Shown in pieces: positions 49,527-60,700 of a DNA stretch of 64,000 nt. Source of the stretch: Taibaiella sp. (GTDB lineage Bacteria > Bacteroidota > Bacteroidia > Chitinophagales > Chitinophagaceae); contig JAEUVV010000002.1 of assembly GCA_016786705.1 (NCBI GenBank), positions 50,106 to 114,105 on the forward strand, given 5' to 3'. A program made the translations under genes and the position numbers. Each line of letters opens with the position of its first letter. Positions within the stretch are counted from its first letter, which is position 1. The notes under the pieces are model-generated. The model saw only the letters and a program-made list of their open reading frames with translations. It had not been told where the DNA came from and did no database searches.

Positions 49527-50291
49527 ATGTCTATAACAACACAAGCTGAATTAACAGGCATGCAGGAAGCCAGCAAAGCCGTAGCCTATACCTTAAAAGC
49601 CATGATCGATTATGCCCAACCCGGCATGAGTACACTCGAATTAGACCAATATGGCGCTAAAATACTCTCCGGATTTGGCGCACGTTCCGCCCCCTATTTA
49701 ACCTATAAATTCCCGGGGTGGACCTGCATTAGCGTAGATAAAGAATTCTGTCATGGTATCCCTTCTCCGAAAAGAATCCTGAAAGAAGGCGACCTGGTCA
49801 ATATTGACGTTTCCGCGGAACTGAATGGTTTCTGGTCCGATAACGGTGCTTCCTTTATACTGGGCGCCGATATACAGCAACATCAAAAATTGGTAGACGC
49901 GTCGAAAGATATTTTAAGGAAAGCGATTAGCCATATAAAAGGTAGTGTGAAGATCGCAGATATCGGCTACCTTATGGAAACCGAAGCGAAAAAGAAAGGC
50001 TACCGGGTGATCAAAAACCTGGGCGGGCATGGTATCGGCAGAAGCCTGCACGAGCAGCCGGAAGAATTATTGAATTACAAAAACCGCTTTGATAATAGGC
50101 GGTTTCGCAAAGACAGTGTTGTAGCCATAGAAACGTTTATTGCCACCGATTCTACACTTGCTGTAGCGTTCAGGGACGGGTGGACCATGGTGGGCAACCG
50201 GGGTGGCTATATGGCCCAGCACGAGCATACGATCGTGGTCACAGATGGCGCTCCTATAATCCTGACCGCCGGGAATGAGATATTTGGTTAA
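49527..50291 (+). CDS. map: Type I methionyl aminopeptidase
   Basis: CHGIP, NIDVS, WSDN, GHGIGRSLHE, AIETF, HEHT. Confidence 0.95.
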   Translation: MSITTQAELTGMQEASKAVAYTLKAMIDYAQPGMSTLELDQYGAKILSGFGARSAPYLTYKFPGWTCISVDKEFCHGIPSPKRILKEGDLVNIDVSAELNGFWSDNGASFILGADIQQHQKLVDASKDILRKAISHIKGSVKIADIGYLMETEAKKKGYRVIKNLGGHGIGRSLHEQPEELLNYKNRFDNRRFRKDSVVAIETFIATDSTLAVAFRDGWTMVGNRGGYMAQHEHTIVVTDGAPIILTAGNEIFG

Positions 50292-50478
50292 TGAATCCTT
50301 GAATTATATCTCCACCCTTTAAAAGAGTAAGCCTGATCATTTTCTTGTCCCTTTAAAGATGAAGATGAGTACTTTATTTATCCCTATAAAGAGACTTAAA
50401 TTCAGCTTATCTCGTAATCAATTTAAAGAAGATTAAAACAATACTACTATCCTTTAATAAATATATGCACAATAAAAA

Positions 50479-50521
50479 ACCCCTCAACCATTATACCTGG
50501 GAACAGGTTATGGAGAGGGGG
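50479..50521 (-). terminator. Terminator of the giant T9SS gene
   Basis: cccctc..ccat..acctg-ggaa-caggt..atgg.gagggg; U-run on the minus strand. Confidence 0.65.
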
Positions 50522-50562
50522 TAAGTATGAAACAAAATCTTTACTTATATTGTATTGCTGTG

Positions 50563-53500
50563 CTAATTTTTAAGTTTTATGAATTTCTCTACGCTTGTAG
50601 CAGTACCCGAAATAACCTGCAGATGATAAATGCCGTCTAACAATTGACTTAGATCAAGTGTGACTTTGGAGGCATTATGCTGCGTCTCCAAAACCAACCT
50701 ACCGCTCAGGTCAAGCACCCGCAAGGTTGCATTGCCGCTTAGGCCTTCTATGGTCATCACCCCTGATACCGGGTTGGGATAAATCTTGAGGCCACTACTA
50801 TGATTGTGCGCAAACGTTACCATACGCACATCGCCGGCGCGCTGCTTACCATCATAATCAGTTTGCAACAAACGGTAGAAGTGCTTACCGATCAATGGCA
50901 CGGCATCAACAAAATGATAATCCAACCTGCTACTGCTATTGCCGCCTGCCGCCAGGCTGCTCTGGAAACCGATATTTTTCCAGGTAAAGCCATCTGCACT
51001 ACGTTGGATATAGAAACCCTTATTCTGCTGCTCCCGGCCAGTAGCCCATTCTAAAGCGACATGCTTGCCTGATATTACAGCGTCGAAAAACAGGAACGCA
51101 ACCGGCAATGGCTGCCCCCAGCTGATCGTATAAGTAGCCGGAGTGGGATCTCCTGCGCGGGCGGCATCCACATAAGCATATTGAAAACTCATGCTGGTAT
51201 ACCCCGATCCGGTAAGTACTACACTAAATAAAGAAGGGTTGGTAAAAATTGTTGTGTTCAGGTCTGCGGAAGTCACCTGCACCCCGTTATACCATAACTG
51301 TCCGTTGGTAGGTAGGCTACTAATGCGCACGCCTTGCGGACTTCGGTTTTCACCCAAATTACCATTGTACGTTCCATCTTCATTATCCAATCCGGACATT
51401 AAAGGTGCATTACCGGCACCGCCACTTAATGATATAGATGTATTACCAACAGGCTGTACTGGTAAGATATAAGTTTTGGGGTCAGAATCTGGCACCTTGT
51501 TAATCCCAAAATTTACATTATTGTTACTTTGGGTAACCGTGCCTACGGCTATAATGCCGTTAGCAGTTCCATCACTACCTGTACTAGTACCAATTACTTC
51601 TCCGGTATTTGAGAAGCCGTCAGGCAAGACCGTTACCGGCACTGCCGTCTGGCCTATTGTTACTGCATTTGAGCTGGTAAGATAAATGGTATATGCGCTT
51701 CCTGGTGTTGCTAAAAATGAATATTCTCCACTGGTAACTGTCACCACTGAATCTACTTTACCGGTAGTATTGTTGTACAATACAGCATATAAAGGAGTGC
51801 TTTGGTTATAGACAGCTCCGTTCACGGTATTGTCTTCTAAGCCATTACCATCCATAAGCACCTTACCACAAACAGAAGCTTTAACCGTATCTAATTTGCT
51901 CACAATACAATTGTTGCTGCCCACATAACGTGCAAAAACCGTATAGCTTCCAGGTATAAGGCCGGAAAACAGCGGACTGGTTTGCCAGGCACCACTGCTG
52001 AGCCTGTATTCATAACTAGACCCTACAGGAGTGGATACGGTAATACTTCCGCTTGACTGGTTACAGTCTGAATGCACTACGGTAGTAATAGGATCAGCAG
52101 GAGGCAATAACTTGAATTCAATATCATCCAGAGACAGATCATTACCAGAACCTCCGGGTGCATTGTTCCTGATCACAAGGTCGAAGCTGGAAGATGCAGC
52201 AGTAAATGAGGGAATACCAAATTGCTGCCAGGTTGCCGTAAGAATATCGCCGGAGGTTGCCGATTGCAATACCGTATATGTATTAGGATCAATGACTTCA
52301 AATGTCACATTTGGCTTGATCGTAGCCCCGGGGTTGATATTGGCTACCCAGGCAGTAAATGCATAAGTAGCACCGGGAATGACATTGGTAAAGCGTCTTC
52401 TGAAGAAGGCATCTTGTTCATTATTGGCATCAACCACCATGGCACGACCATTTACATCACTCGGTGTATGATCGGCAAAATTGGTTGCTCCGGGGAAAAG
52501 GTCTGTGTTTACGTTCGATACAATATACTGATTGGAAAAACTGACCCCACCATTCATATAATGATAAGAGGTTTGTCCGGCAAGTGGCGTAGCTGCTGTA
52601 GCCGTTGTTCCAAAGGTCTCAATATAGCGGCTATTGCAATCGCTGGACATGACAAATGGATTGACTTTAGTGTTTTCAAACACTACGCCTACCGTTTCGC
52701 CATCCACTACGTTAATGGTGGCATTATTACCCACCAAATCAAATGAAGAGTTGGTAGTAGGATCAAACAACTGGATATTCGTCAAATCCCAACCGGCAGG
52801 AACCAGTTCAGAGACCGTATATGTTCCAGGCGCAACAGGGATTAATATCCCATTTCCTTCAGAGCTTAACCTAATCCTCTCATCATTGAGCCATAATATT
52901 TCAGTTGCACTTTTTATCCGGGTATAAATATTTTTACTGTTGTCGCTTACGTTTAACTCATTGGTTGTGCCCCATACTAAATTACCTAAACCACCTGTCA
53001 TACGGGACGCATATTTTCTACTGGTAGTTTCTCCCGCAAGCCAGGAGGTACCACTTCCGCTATATTCATATACAAAGTCTTGCGTTGAGCCAAAGATTGT
53101 ACCGTTTGCTGTAACGGCAACATCTCTGTTCATGGACACTCCAGCATTACCCAGGTTGATAACCGTCGTATTGGTTTGTGTTGGCACTGTTGGAAGTGCG
53201 GGCGGTACGTACCGGTAAATATTACCATTTGCTCTTCTTACTATCGCATCTCCAGTAACCGGGTCGGCATCCACATCTTGGCAATCTGTAGCAGCACTTA
53301 AACGTATCCAGGTCTGTGAGCCCGTAGCACCACGCGGATACATATAAAGTATATCATTAAAAATCCCATAAATATGACCTTTCCAATCGGATGCAATATC
53401 TTGCCAGCCCTGAGCCGGGCTGAGTAATGTTGCCCCAGCTGTAGTAACCAAATAGGCATATCCATTAGTTGTGGCGCTTGCACCCTGGTTATTGACCATT

Positions 53501-56499
53501 ACAGCCGTATTACCAGGACCACCATCAATTCTGTTTGCAGTGGTTATCGTAGGATGCTGAACCCATAGTGAAGAATTTGGCAAGCGATAATATGCACGGG
53601 CAGAGTTTTCTCCTGTAGCCCATAGTGTTCCATCCTGAGAAGCACCTAAATCCAATACGGAGTTCAAGGTATTCAAATCATTCAAATTAAAGCTGGGCAC
53701 AGTTGTTGGGCCTGCCGTTATGGTAAACGGAAAGGCAATGCTTTCTTCTTCACTGAGGGCTTTCTTGTGGACGTAGATATAGCCAAATGGTTGCTTGATG
53801 CCAAAATTGGCATTCGCCGCACCAGCAAACGTTGGTGTTACAGATAATGCACCATCGGCACTACCATCATTGCCAATATTATCGCAGCAGTCTTCACCTA
53901 CAGTAATCCAGCCTCCGCTGCCTGCACCAGTAAAAGGCGATGTTGGATTAGCAGTTGCATTAGTACCTAGCACTACATTGTAAGCCACACCCGCTTGAGC
54001 TGCATCTGTAAAGCTGTAAGTGCCATTAGTGGTGCTCACGGGCACAGTTGCAACGAGTGTTGTACCCTGGTAAAGGCTTGCATATAAGGTTGGGGCTCCC
54101 GTAGCAGTATTGATCGTACTGCCATCAATATTGGTACCGCCATTTACATCATTATAAACAGTTCCGGTTATGGTAACATTTGCCAGGGCACCAAATTCAG
54201 AAGTATTACCATTGGCATCAATAGCAACAGCCGTTATTTTATCAGACGCTGTGAATGTTGCTCCTGCAACCAGCGTAAAGGTAGTATTAAAGCTATTTGA
54301 CACACCGGTTATAGCACCCAGATATTGCACACCTTCGCCATGTGGCACTACTCTCGAACAGCCACTAGTAAGCGCTCCGTTCTGATTGCCATCATCGGCT
54401 ACTTTGTAGAATTGGATTGTTTTGTTTCCTGATATGGCTGCTCCGGCTGTCATTTCATTGCCATTGCAATTGCTTACATAGCCCGTTACGGTCATTGTAG
54501 TACCGGATAGCGAAAAACTCGTAATTACGGGATAGTCGAGCAGTAAATTAACTTCGCCAGTAGTTATTGCACCATCATTGGGCGTTACGCCTACAGTAGT
54601 GGCATCTGCCATTAAATCTATGGACAATGACGCATTATTATAATAAATATTTCTGGAAAAACGATTACCAGTAGCGGTGCCGGTAGCACCGGCAGCCTTG
54701 GCAAAGCTGATGCCCGATTTAAGCGTGGCATTGACGTTTCCCCCGTTATTGGCAATAATGTTAGCTTCAATATCATCTCTTACGCCATCGTCGTTAGCGC
54801 CAATGCGATTATTGTTGATACCACGTGTATGAGAAAAATATACCCCAGCGTGACCATTGCCCAAAGCTGTGGTACCATCTGCACCTACGCCTATATAATT
54901 ACCGGCTACTACGTTGCCCTCACTAGCAAATGTACCCGAAGAAAAATAAATACCCGCTCCATTACTATTACCGGAAATAACATTCCGCTCCAAAGCATCA
55001 TCATCGCCATCGCTATCGGTACCTATGCGATTATTGATAGAGCTGATGATAGCAACACCCGCACCTGTGGTGATGGCACTTGTAGGCCCAGCCTGTCCAT
55101 TGGGTAATGCTGTATTACCCGTAACATCTACGCCAATATAATTACCAGCAACCACCACATTTTTGGTACGAGAGCTTGGATTGGTAGCCGGATTGGAAGT
55201 TGCAATCCCAACAGCCCTTCCGTGGTTACCCGAAATAACATTACGTACAAAAGGTGCTACTGCTGCACTATGCTTGGTATCATCAAAACCGATTACTACG
55301 TTTTGTGCAAGATCAGCCTCATCAACAAAATCTGCAATCTGAGTTACATAAACTGCTACCCATGAATTGGAAGTAGTACCAATAGTACCAGTAGCTCTAC
55401 TTAATGTACCAGTGGCATCGGTACCAATATAGTTTCCTGCTATGTCTACACCTCTTGAATTTTCTAAAATTATGCCATAACTCCTACAATTAGCAATTAC
55501 ATTGCGCTCTAATGCATCTGAGGTACCATCGCCATTGCTGCCTATTACAAAATTTGTACCATTTACTCTAAACATTGTCACGCCTGAGCCTCCATCTCCT
55601 CCAGCCGAAGCACCCGAAGCTCCTATTTGGGCAGTGGAGCTACCATCGGGTCTTAGGCCTATGTAATTGCCAGAAATTTTAATATTGCTTGCTGTTATTC
55701 GGCCAGTGGTACCACCGTCATTAGTTGCAATTTCAATACCATCACCACCTGTTGAAGCGGTGGAATTGCCTATCACATTGCCTTCATTGGCATCATTGGT
55801 GCCATCGCCATTGGTGCCAATGGTAATATTGGAAAGGGTATAAGGTTGAATTGAACCAACTGTTGTATTAATTTCTATCAGGTTGCCTTTTATTTCACTT
55901 CCTGTTGGTGGTAAAGTGCCATTGGCTAAAATACCTATATAATTGCCCCAAATATGTACATCAGATGAGTTCATTTGTATTCTAATGCCATTACCACCCA
56001 ACGAACCGTTGTAAATAGCTAATCCACTTACCGAAGATCCTGAACCAGAGGGACTGATTTCAATAGAACTAAACCCTCCGCCATTTATCTCGATACGTAT
56101 AGAACGCGTAGCGCCGATGGGTGCTTGTACTGAACCGGGCTGCGTATAACCATTAATGTTGACCGGGCTGCTGATCACCGGCAATTCTGATGAAAGCGTG
56201 ATCGTATGAGGTCCGGTACCGGTAATGTTGAATACAATATTGTCGGCAACCAGAGCAGTAGCGTTGGCATTGATAATTGCCTGTCGAAGTGAGCCTGTAC
56301 CGGCATCATTGGTGTTGGTTACGGTGTAAGTGGCGGCCATTACCGGTAAAACCGTGCAAAGTAGTAAACAAAAAGTAACAGTCAATAGCTTGCTCAGCGG
56401 ACGCATGGCATAAATAACGTTCCCAGCAAAAGCAACAACTGTACTTTTTGTGGCCGAAGTAATAGAATACTTTCCTAAAATTGTTAATTTTTGTTTCAT
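50563..56499 (-). CDS. Giant (1978 aa) T9SS surface protein: beta-helix repeats, SdrD-B-like and propeller-like regions, type A CTD
   Basis: VTNTNDAGTGSLRQAI; repeated GNYIG / ERNVI; PLPVAFLFF junction; IYPNPV...KFIKLKN. Confidence 0.9.
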   Translation of the reverse strand: MKQKLTILGKYSITSATKSTVVAFAGNVIYAMRPLSKLLTVTFCLLLCTVLPVMAATYTVTNTNDAGTGSLRQAIINANATALVADNIVFNITGTGPHTITLSSELPVISSPVNINGYTQPGSVQAPIGATRSIRIEINGGGFSSIEISPSGSGSSVSGLAIYNGSLGGNGIRIQMNSSDVHIWGNYIGILANGTLPPTGSEIKGNLIEINTTVGSIQPYTLSNITIGTNGDGTNDANEGNVIGNSTASTGGDGIEIATNDGGTTGRITASNIKISGNYIGLRPDGSSTAQIGASGASAGGDGGSGVTMFRVNGTNFVIGSNGDGTSDALERNVIANCRSYGIILENSRGVDIAGNYIGTDATGTLSRATGTIGTTSNSWVAVYVTQIADFVDEADLAQNVVIGFDDTKHSAAVAPFVRNVISGNHGRAVGIATSNPATNPSSRTKNVVVAGNYIGVDVTGNTALPNGQAGPTSAITTGAGVAIISSINNRIGTDSDGDDDALERNVISGNSNGAGIYFSSGTFASEGNVVAGNYIGVGADGTTALGNGHAGVYFSHTRGINNNRIGANDDGVRDDIEANIIANNGGNVNATLKSGISFAKAAGATGTATGNRFSRNIYYNNASLSIDLMADATTVGVTPNDGAITTGEVNLLLDYPVITSFSLSGTTMTVTGYVSNCNGNEMTAGAAISGNKTIQFYKVADDGNQNGALTSGCSRVVPHGEGVQYLGAITGVSNSFNTTFTLVAGATFTASDKITAVAIDANGNTSEFGALANVTITGTVYNDVNGGTNIDGSTINTATGAPTLYASLYQGTTLVATVPVSTTNGTYSFTDAAQAGVAYNVVLGTNATANPTSPFTGAGSGGWITVGEDCCDNIGNDGSADGALSVTPTFAGAANANFGIKQPFGYIYVHKKALSEEESIAFPFTITAGPTTVPSFNLNDLNTLNSVLDLGASQDGTLWATGENSARAYYRLPNSSLWVQHPTITTANRIDGGPGNTAVMVNNQGASATTNGYAYLVTTAGATLLSPAQGWQDIASDWKGHIYGIFNDILYMYPRGATGSQTWIRLSAATDCQDVDADPVTGDAIVRRANGNIYRYVPPALPTVPTQTNTTVINLGNAGVSMNRDVAVTANGTIFGSTQDFVYEYSGSGTSWLAGETTSRKYASRMTGGLGNLVWGTTNELNVSDNSKNIYTRIKSATEILWLNDERIRLSSEGNGILIPVAPGTYTVSELVPAGWDLTNIQLFDPTTNSSFDLVGNNATINVVDGETVGVVFENTKVNPFVMSSDCNSRYIETFGTTATAATPLAGQTSYHYMNGGVSFSNQYIVSNVNTDLFPGATNFADHTPSDVNGRAMVVDANNEQDAFFRRRFTNVIPGATYAFTAWVANINPGATIKPNVTFEVIDPNTYTVLQSATSGDILTATWQQFGIPSFTAASSSFDLVIRNNAPGGSGNDLSLDDIEFKLLPPADPITTVVHSDCNQSSGSITVSTPVGSSYEYRLSSGAWQTSPLFSGLIPGSYTVFARYVGSNNCIVSKLDTVKASVCGKVLMDGNGLEDNTVNGAVYNQSTPLYAVLYNNTTGKVDSVVTVTSGEYSFLATPGSAYTIYLTSSNAVTIGQTAVPVTVLPDGFSNTGEVIGTSTGSDGTANGIIAVGTVTQSNNNVNFGINKVPDSDPKTYILPVQPVGNTSISLSGGAGNAPLMSGLDNEDGTYNGNLGENRSPQGVRISSLPTNGQLWYNGVQVTSADLNTTIFTNPSLFSVVLTGSGYTSMSFQYAYVDAARAGDPTPATYTISWGQPLPVAFLFFDAVISGKHVALEWATGREQQNKGFYIQRSADGFTWKNIGFQSSLAAGGNSSSRLDYHFVDAVPLIGKHFYRLLQTDYDGKQRAGDVRMVTFAHNHSSGLKIYPNPVSGVMTIEGLSGNATLRVLDLSGRLVLETQHNASKVTLDLSQLLDGIYHLQVISGTATSVEKFIKLKN

Positions 56500-56881
56500 A
56501 ATACTTGTTTTAATGATTATAGTAGCGCATCCTGAAGACGCGTTAATTTACATATTTACTAAACTGCTTTTTCATTTAGGTAAGGAGAAATGATCCAAAT
56601 CAGACTTAGAACAATCAAATAGCCCATCTTTAGGAGTATTACAACACTTAAGCAGGAGTAATTGATATCATTTAAAGGCAGGTTTGGCTGCTGCTTGTGC
56701 GCAGATTAGGAATCAGTTAAATGATTATCAGCTTTTCTAAATGTCCAGTTTTGGCCTGATCAATGTAGCATTTTATTCAGTAGTCCCAAATGTTCCATGT
56801 AGGTAGGTAATTAATGTATAGGAAAGGTTATTCAACTTTGGGGGTAATCATGATAATCGGGTAGCATGTATAATTCAAACA

Positions 56882-56914
56882 CAAAGGTATGTTGCCAAGG
56901 CAAGAAAAAGCAAA
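56882..56914 (-). promoter_or_regulatory. Bacteroidota primary-sigma promoter upstream of the giant gene
   Basis: Minus strand TTTG-N21-TACCTTTG. Confidence 0.6.
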
Positions 56915-57368
56915 AAAATCACCCCCCAAGAACCCCCTATTATTATAAATAATTGTCTATCAAAATAATACAAAATAATATTTTGTACAAAGTAATACCT
57001 ATTCGTAATTGATAAGTTTAAGTACATATAAAACAAAAAAATATATACCTCATGGGGTTAAGCCATGGGGCTTAAACATTAACTGGCCTGCCGACATATA
57101 ATAGTCCGGTTGAATGATGATCATAGTATACCCAAGTCATGAATGTATATATAGATTGGCCGTAGTGGCAGGTAATGAGCGGAGGCTGTATGATCACAAG
57201 GATAATAAGCATACCCTATCAACAAGAAACCAGATTGTTTACTTCCAAACACTGGTAAGGCTCAAGGCCTCAGTCAATGAGCAGGCAATAAGGCATATAC
57301 ATAACTTTTTATTACATATAATTTAAATGATATATGATAATCATATTGGGTTGCTGTCCGGTCTTGAG

Positions 57369-59051
57369 TTATTCCAGTTCCCTGCCTGGCTGCAGATTAT
57401 TGAGCCATACGGCAAAGCTGTCTTCCTGGGGCACATTAAACTTTTTACGCAGGTTAGAGCGATTGTTTTCAATCGTTTTGGGAGATTTAAAAGTATAATC
57501 AGCAATTTCCTTGGTACTGAAACCTAAATAAATGTAAGCTGCCAGGGTGAGTTCACTCACTTTTAGGCCTGGCACAAGCTTGATAAGCCTATTTTTTACT
57601 TCAGGGTAAGCTTCGTTAAATTTTAACCAAAATTGAGGATGATTACTTTTAGCTAAATCTATCAATTCGACAAATGAGCTATTCAGCTTTAGTTGAAGCG
57701 ACCGCGCCTCCTGCTCTTTTTGCAGGATCATCTCTTTTAACTGTTCCGCTTCCTGAGCTTGTTTTGAAAGCCTTTCTAAAGAATCATTAATCTCCCTATC
57801 TTTTATAGTCAATAATTGCTTGTTTTCTTTTAATGTAAAGTCTTTCTCAGCAATTGCTTTTTCTTTTTGGATAAGTGCAAGCTGCTTTTTCCTTTTATAT
57901 TTTTTAAAAAACATAAGGACAAACAAAAGCAGCACTACTGATAATACAATAATGCTGCCCAATACTATCCTGCCTTTTGACTCCGATTGTTTAATTTTCT
58001 CTTCCTGCTGACTGATCAGCCTGATTAAGGTATTATCTCTGCCCTTGTTTTTAACATGGTCCAGGCTATCCTTAAGTTGTCTTTGTAAAAGAAGGTAATC
58101 ACGCTCCTTTTCTGTTGCTCCTATTTTATTATATATCCTTTGCTTAAACCCATAAATGAGCATCAGATTATCAAAAATCCCACTCTCTCTAAGCAAATCT
58201 TCTGCTTTACTTAATTGTATCAAAGCACTACTGTATTCACCCTCCTCTTCTGCTACTAACCCTATACTTGCCAGTGCTAAAGCTTCCAAAAACTTGCTGG
58301 GTACCAACCTGGAAATCGCTAATGTCTGTTCATAATAATACCGGGCAGAATCTAAATGGCCATTTTTCAGGTTGACATATCCCATCTTCTCAAACAGTTC
58401 AGCTCTTTTCACTAATCTCTCTTCTTTAGGAAAAGATTCCGGGTAATCGATTTGTTTGCTGATGGCCAATCCTTTTAGATAATATTCATACTGGGGCTCC
58501 AGTTCTTCAAAACCAAGATGTGCATTTATATAATATACCAATAAAGAATGTTGCCTTTTGAACACATCCTTTTCCTGCAAAATGACCTCTTTAGCCTGAT
58601 TATAAAGTGTTGTTGCGACTGAATAGAAACCCAGCTCATAGTTATTAGTAGCCTCCAGCAATAACAGGTTAAATGCATCCGTCCTGTGGTTAGCCAAATG
58701 CTGCCTATACAGTTTGGATTTTTCAATATATTCAATACTTTTTTCGAAATTACGTGTGTCAGCAAGAAATACTGCAATCGTGTAATACCCGATTTGCAAC
58801 CCGCGTTCATAACCGGCTTTCTTAGACAGCCTTATTGCCTCATAAGCCGTTTCTAATGCTTTTTTTACATTGCCTTCTTTATGATTCTGATGATGTGTTA
58901 GCAACAATAAACTATCTATACTCGCTGTTTTTTGAGCATAGTTATTGTTTCCCAAAAACAAAACAATCAGCAAAATGCTAAAAAATTTTATCCGGATCAT
59001 TCTATGTTTCATCTTGTACAAAATACATGCAAAATAATGAATAGAAATCAT
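57369..59051 (-). CDS. Membrane-spanning TPR-sensor / LuxR-type HTH regulator
   Basis: Signal-like N-terminus (start likely 59010), TPR-like helices, TM helix, coiled coil, LKVSELTLAAYIYLGFSTKEIA...KTIENNRSNLRKK. Confidence 0.88.
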   Translation of the reverse strand: MISIHYFACILYKMKHRMIRIKFFSILLIVLFLGNNNYAQKTASIDSLLLLTHHQNHKEGNVKKALETAYEAIRLSKKAGYERGLQIGYYTIAVFLADTRNFEKSIEYIEKSKLYRQHLANHRTDAFNLLLLEATNNYELGFYSVATTLYNQAKEVILQEKDVFKRQHSLLVYYINAHLGFEELEPQYEYYLKGLAISKQIDYPESFPKEERLVKRAELFEKMGYVNLKNGHLDSARYYYEQTLAISRLVPSKFLEALALASIGLVAEEEGEYSSALIQLSKAEDLLRESGIFDNLMLIYGFKQRIYNKIGATEKERDYLLLQRQLKDSLDHVKNKGRDNTLIRLISQQEEKIKQSESKGRIVLGSIIVLSVVLLLFVLMFFKKYKRKKQLALIQKEKAIAEKDFTLKENKQLLTIKDREINDSLERLSKQAQEAEQLKEMILQKEQEARSLQLKLNSSFVELIDLAKSNHPQFWLKFNEAYPEVKNRLIKLVPGLKVSELTLAAYIYLGFSTKEIADYTFKSPKTIENNRSNLRKKFNVPQEDSFAVWLNNLQPGRELE

Positions 59052-59482
59052 TAGAAAAAAACTATAATATAAAATATTTATAAGTATAAACCAGCTAACT
59101 GGATGAGTAAGGCAGTCTATTAACCTGGAACCTTAGGAGCCCCAACAAGAACGTGGCACTGGAAAAAGGTTTGCCGGAATAGGTTCTATGCTTAACCTAC
59201 TGCTTAGGAAGACAAGTTTAATAGTGAAAGTCCAATCTGGCCAAAATGAAGGTCTCAAGCCAGTAAAAAGTCCAATGACTGTCATATTATTTGAAAAGGT
59301 GGGAGTAAATATTGATTAACAGTAGAAGGACTAACGGTTATCATCTGTGTAAAAGCCTGATGAAAAATAATGACCAGGTCCAAATCTTTACTCGCTAATA
59401 TCCTAATTTTTTTCCGAGCATGATATTTATAGAGAGAAAAAGGATCGCATAGTTCATTAAAACAATTATAAATATCAAAAAA

Positions 59483-59507
59483 GTAGCTGCCCTTTTGGGA
59501 CAGCTAC
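59483..59507 (-). terminator. Terminator after the RND operon
   Basis: gtagctg-cccttttggga-cagctac; U-run on the minus strand. Confidence 0.75.
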
Positions 59508-59530
59508 AACTTCTTCAGGAAAAGTAAATC

Positions 59531-60694
59531 TTACTCTTCCGCCTTATTTTTAAGTGCCATCAATAAACTGTAAGCGCCATGAACAACGATATTTTTCCGG
59601 TCCAAAAAACCGGCATGTTGTATTACGGTAAATCCATTAGCGCTAAGGCCTGCGCTCACCTCCAGTAATTTAAACCTGTTGCCGGATAAAGCTTCAAATA
59701 CATAAGCTTTGCCCTCATAAGACACGACACTAGAGTCCGGTAATACATCCGTTTGATAATGTACCAGTTCCAGCTCGGCATTGATGTACATCCCCTTCAT
59801 AAGTGCCGGGGCTGGCTTTTCCAGCTTTGCGATGATCTCTGCAGCACCATCGGTATCTATATCAGGCACAATACTGATCACTTTAGCCCTATATTGCTGA
59901 TCCGGGTTTTGATTCGTATACGCATGCAACAGTTGACCAATTTCAATACCTGAAATTTCATTTTCAAAAACCTTCAGTTTAAGCAAGATACCCTGTGGGT
60001 CGATCAATTCAAAAACGGGATCCGAAGCGGTAATGTACTGCCCTGTCTTGACAAATACCTTGCTCACGATACCACTAAAAGGCGCGGCAAGAGGAATACT
60101 ACGGACTATATTATGGGCCTGTATGCCTGATGGATTAATATGGATTAGTTTTAATTTTTCTTCTAAAGCCTTTTGGGTAGCTAACAAAGTTTTGTATTCC
60201 GCCTCTGCCAGCTGCAGTTCTTTATCACTACTGGCTTTATTTTCATTCAACTGGCGCTGGCGTTCATAGTTAAGCCGGGCGGCTACGATTTGTGCTTTAC
60301 TCACCAGGTAGTCCTGTTGCAGCTGGATGAAGCTATGGTCTTCTATCCGGGCCAGGACCTGCCCTTTACTGAACTTATTGCCAGGCAGCACCCGGATCTC
60401 TGTAATATGTCCACCGATCATGCTGGATAAGGCACTGATATGGGAAGGTGCGATATCTACTTTCCCATTCAGCCGGACCGTTTGATCCATTGCTTTCTTT
60501 TGAACACTTGTTGTGGTGATGCCGATGCTATGCACCTGCGCCTCACTAAGCTGGAGCAAATCACTACCAGCTGTTGCCTTTTGCATCACTACAGGCGATT
60601 CATCTGCCGGTTTATCTTTATTTGCGCCACAGGCGTACAAGAACAGGCAGCATGCCAGGCAACAGCCCAGCCGTATTAATTTATAATGGCTCAT
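59531..60694 (-). CDS. RND efflux periplasmic adaptor (CzcB/CusB family) lipoprotein
   Basis: Lipobox LYA-C; lipoyl-like GHITEIRVLPG and APFSGIVSKV..GQY motifs. Confidence 0.92.
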   Translation of the reverse strand: MSHYKLIRLGCCLACCLFLYACGANKDKPADESPVVMQKATAGSDLLQLSEAQVHSIGITTTSVQKKAMDQTVRLNGKVDIAPSHISALSSMIGGHITEIRVLPGNKFSKGQVLARIEDHSFIQLQQDYLVSKAQIVAARLNYERQRQLNENKASSDKELQLAEAEYKTLLATQKALEEKLKLIHINPSGIQAHNIVRSIPLAAPFSGIVSKVFVKTGQYITASDPVFELIDPQGILLKLKVFENEISGIEIGQLLHAYTNQNPDQQYRAKVISIVPDIDTDGAAEIIAKLEKPAPALMKGMYINAELELVHYQTDVLPDSSVVSYEGKAYVFEALSGNRFKLLEVSAGLSANGFTVIQHAGFLDRKNIVVHGAYSLLMALKNKAEE

Positions 60695-60700
60695 TTTCGG

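Noticed and set aside
56500-56875. Known riboswitch in the long leader
   Set aside because: No recognisable consensus (c-di-GMP, SAM, TPP, cobalamin) on reading the minus strand
57114-57527. Two small plus-strand ORFs (70 and 66 aa)
   Set aside because: No motifs; one is antisense to the regulator's 3' end
59060-59480. IS or gene remnant in the intergenic gap
   Set aside because: No terminal inverted repeats or transposase-like translation found
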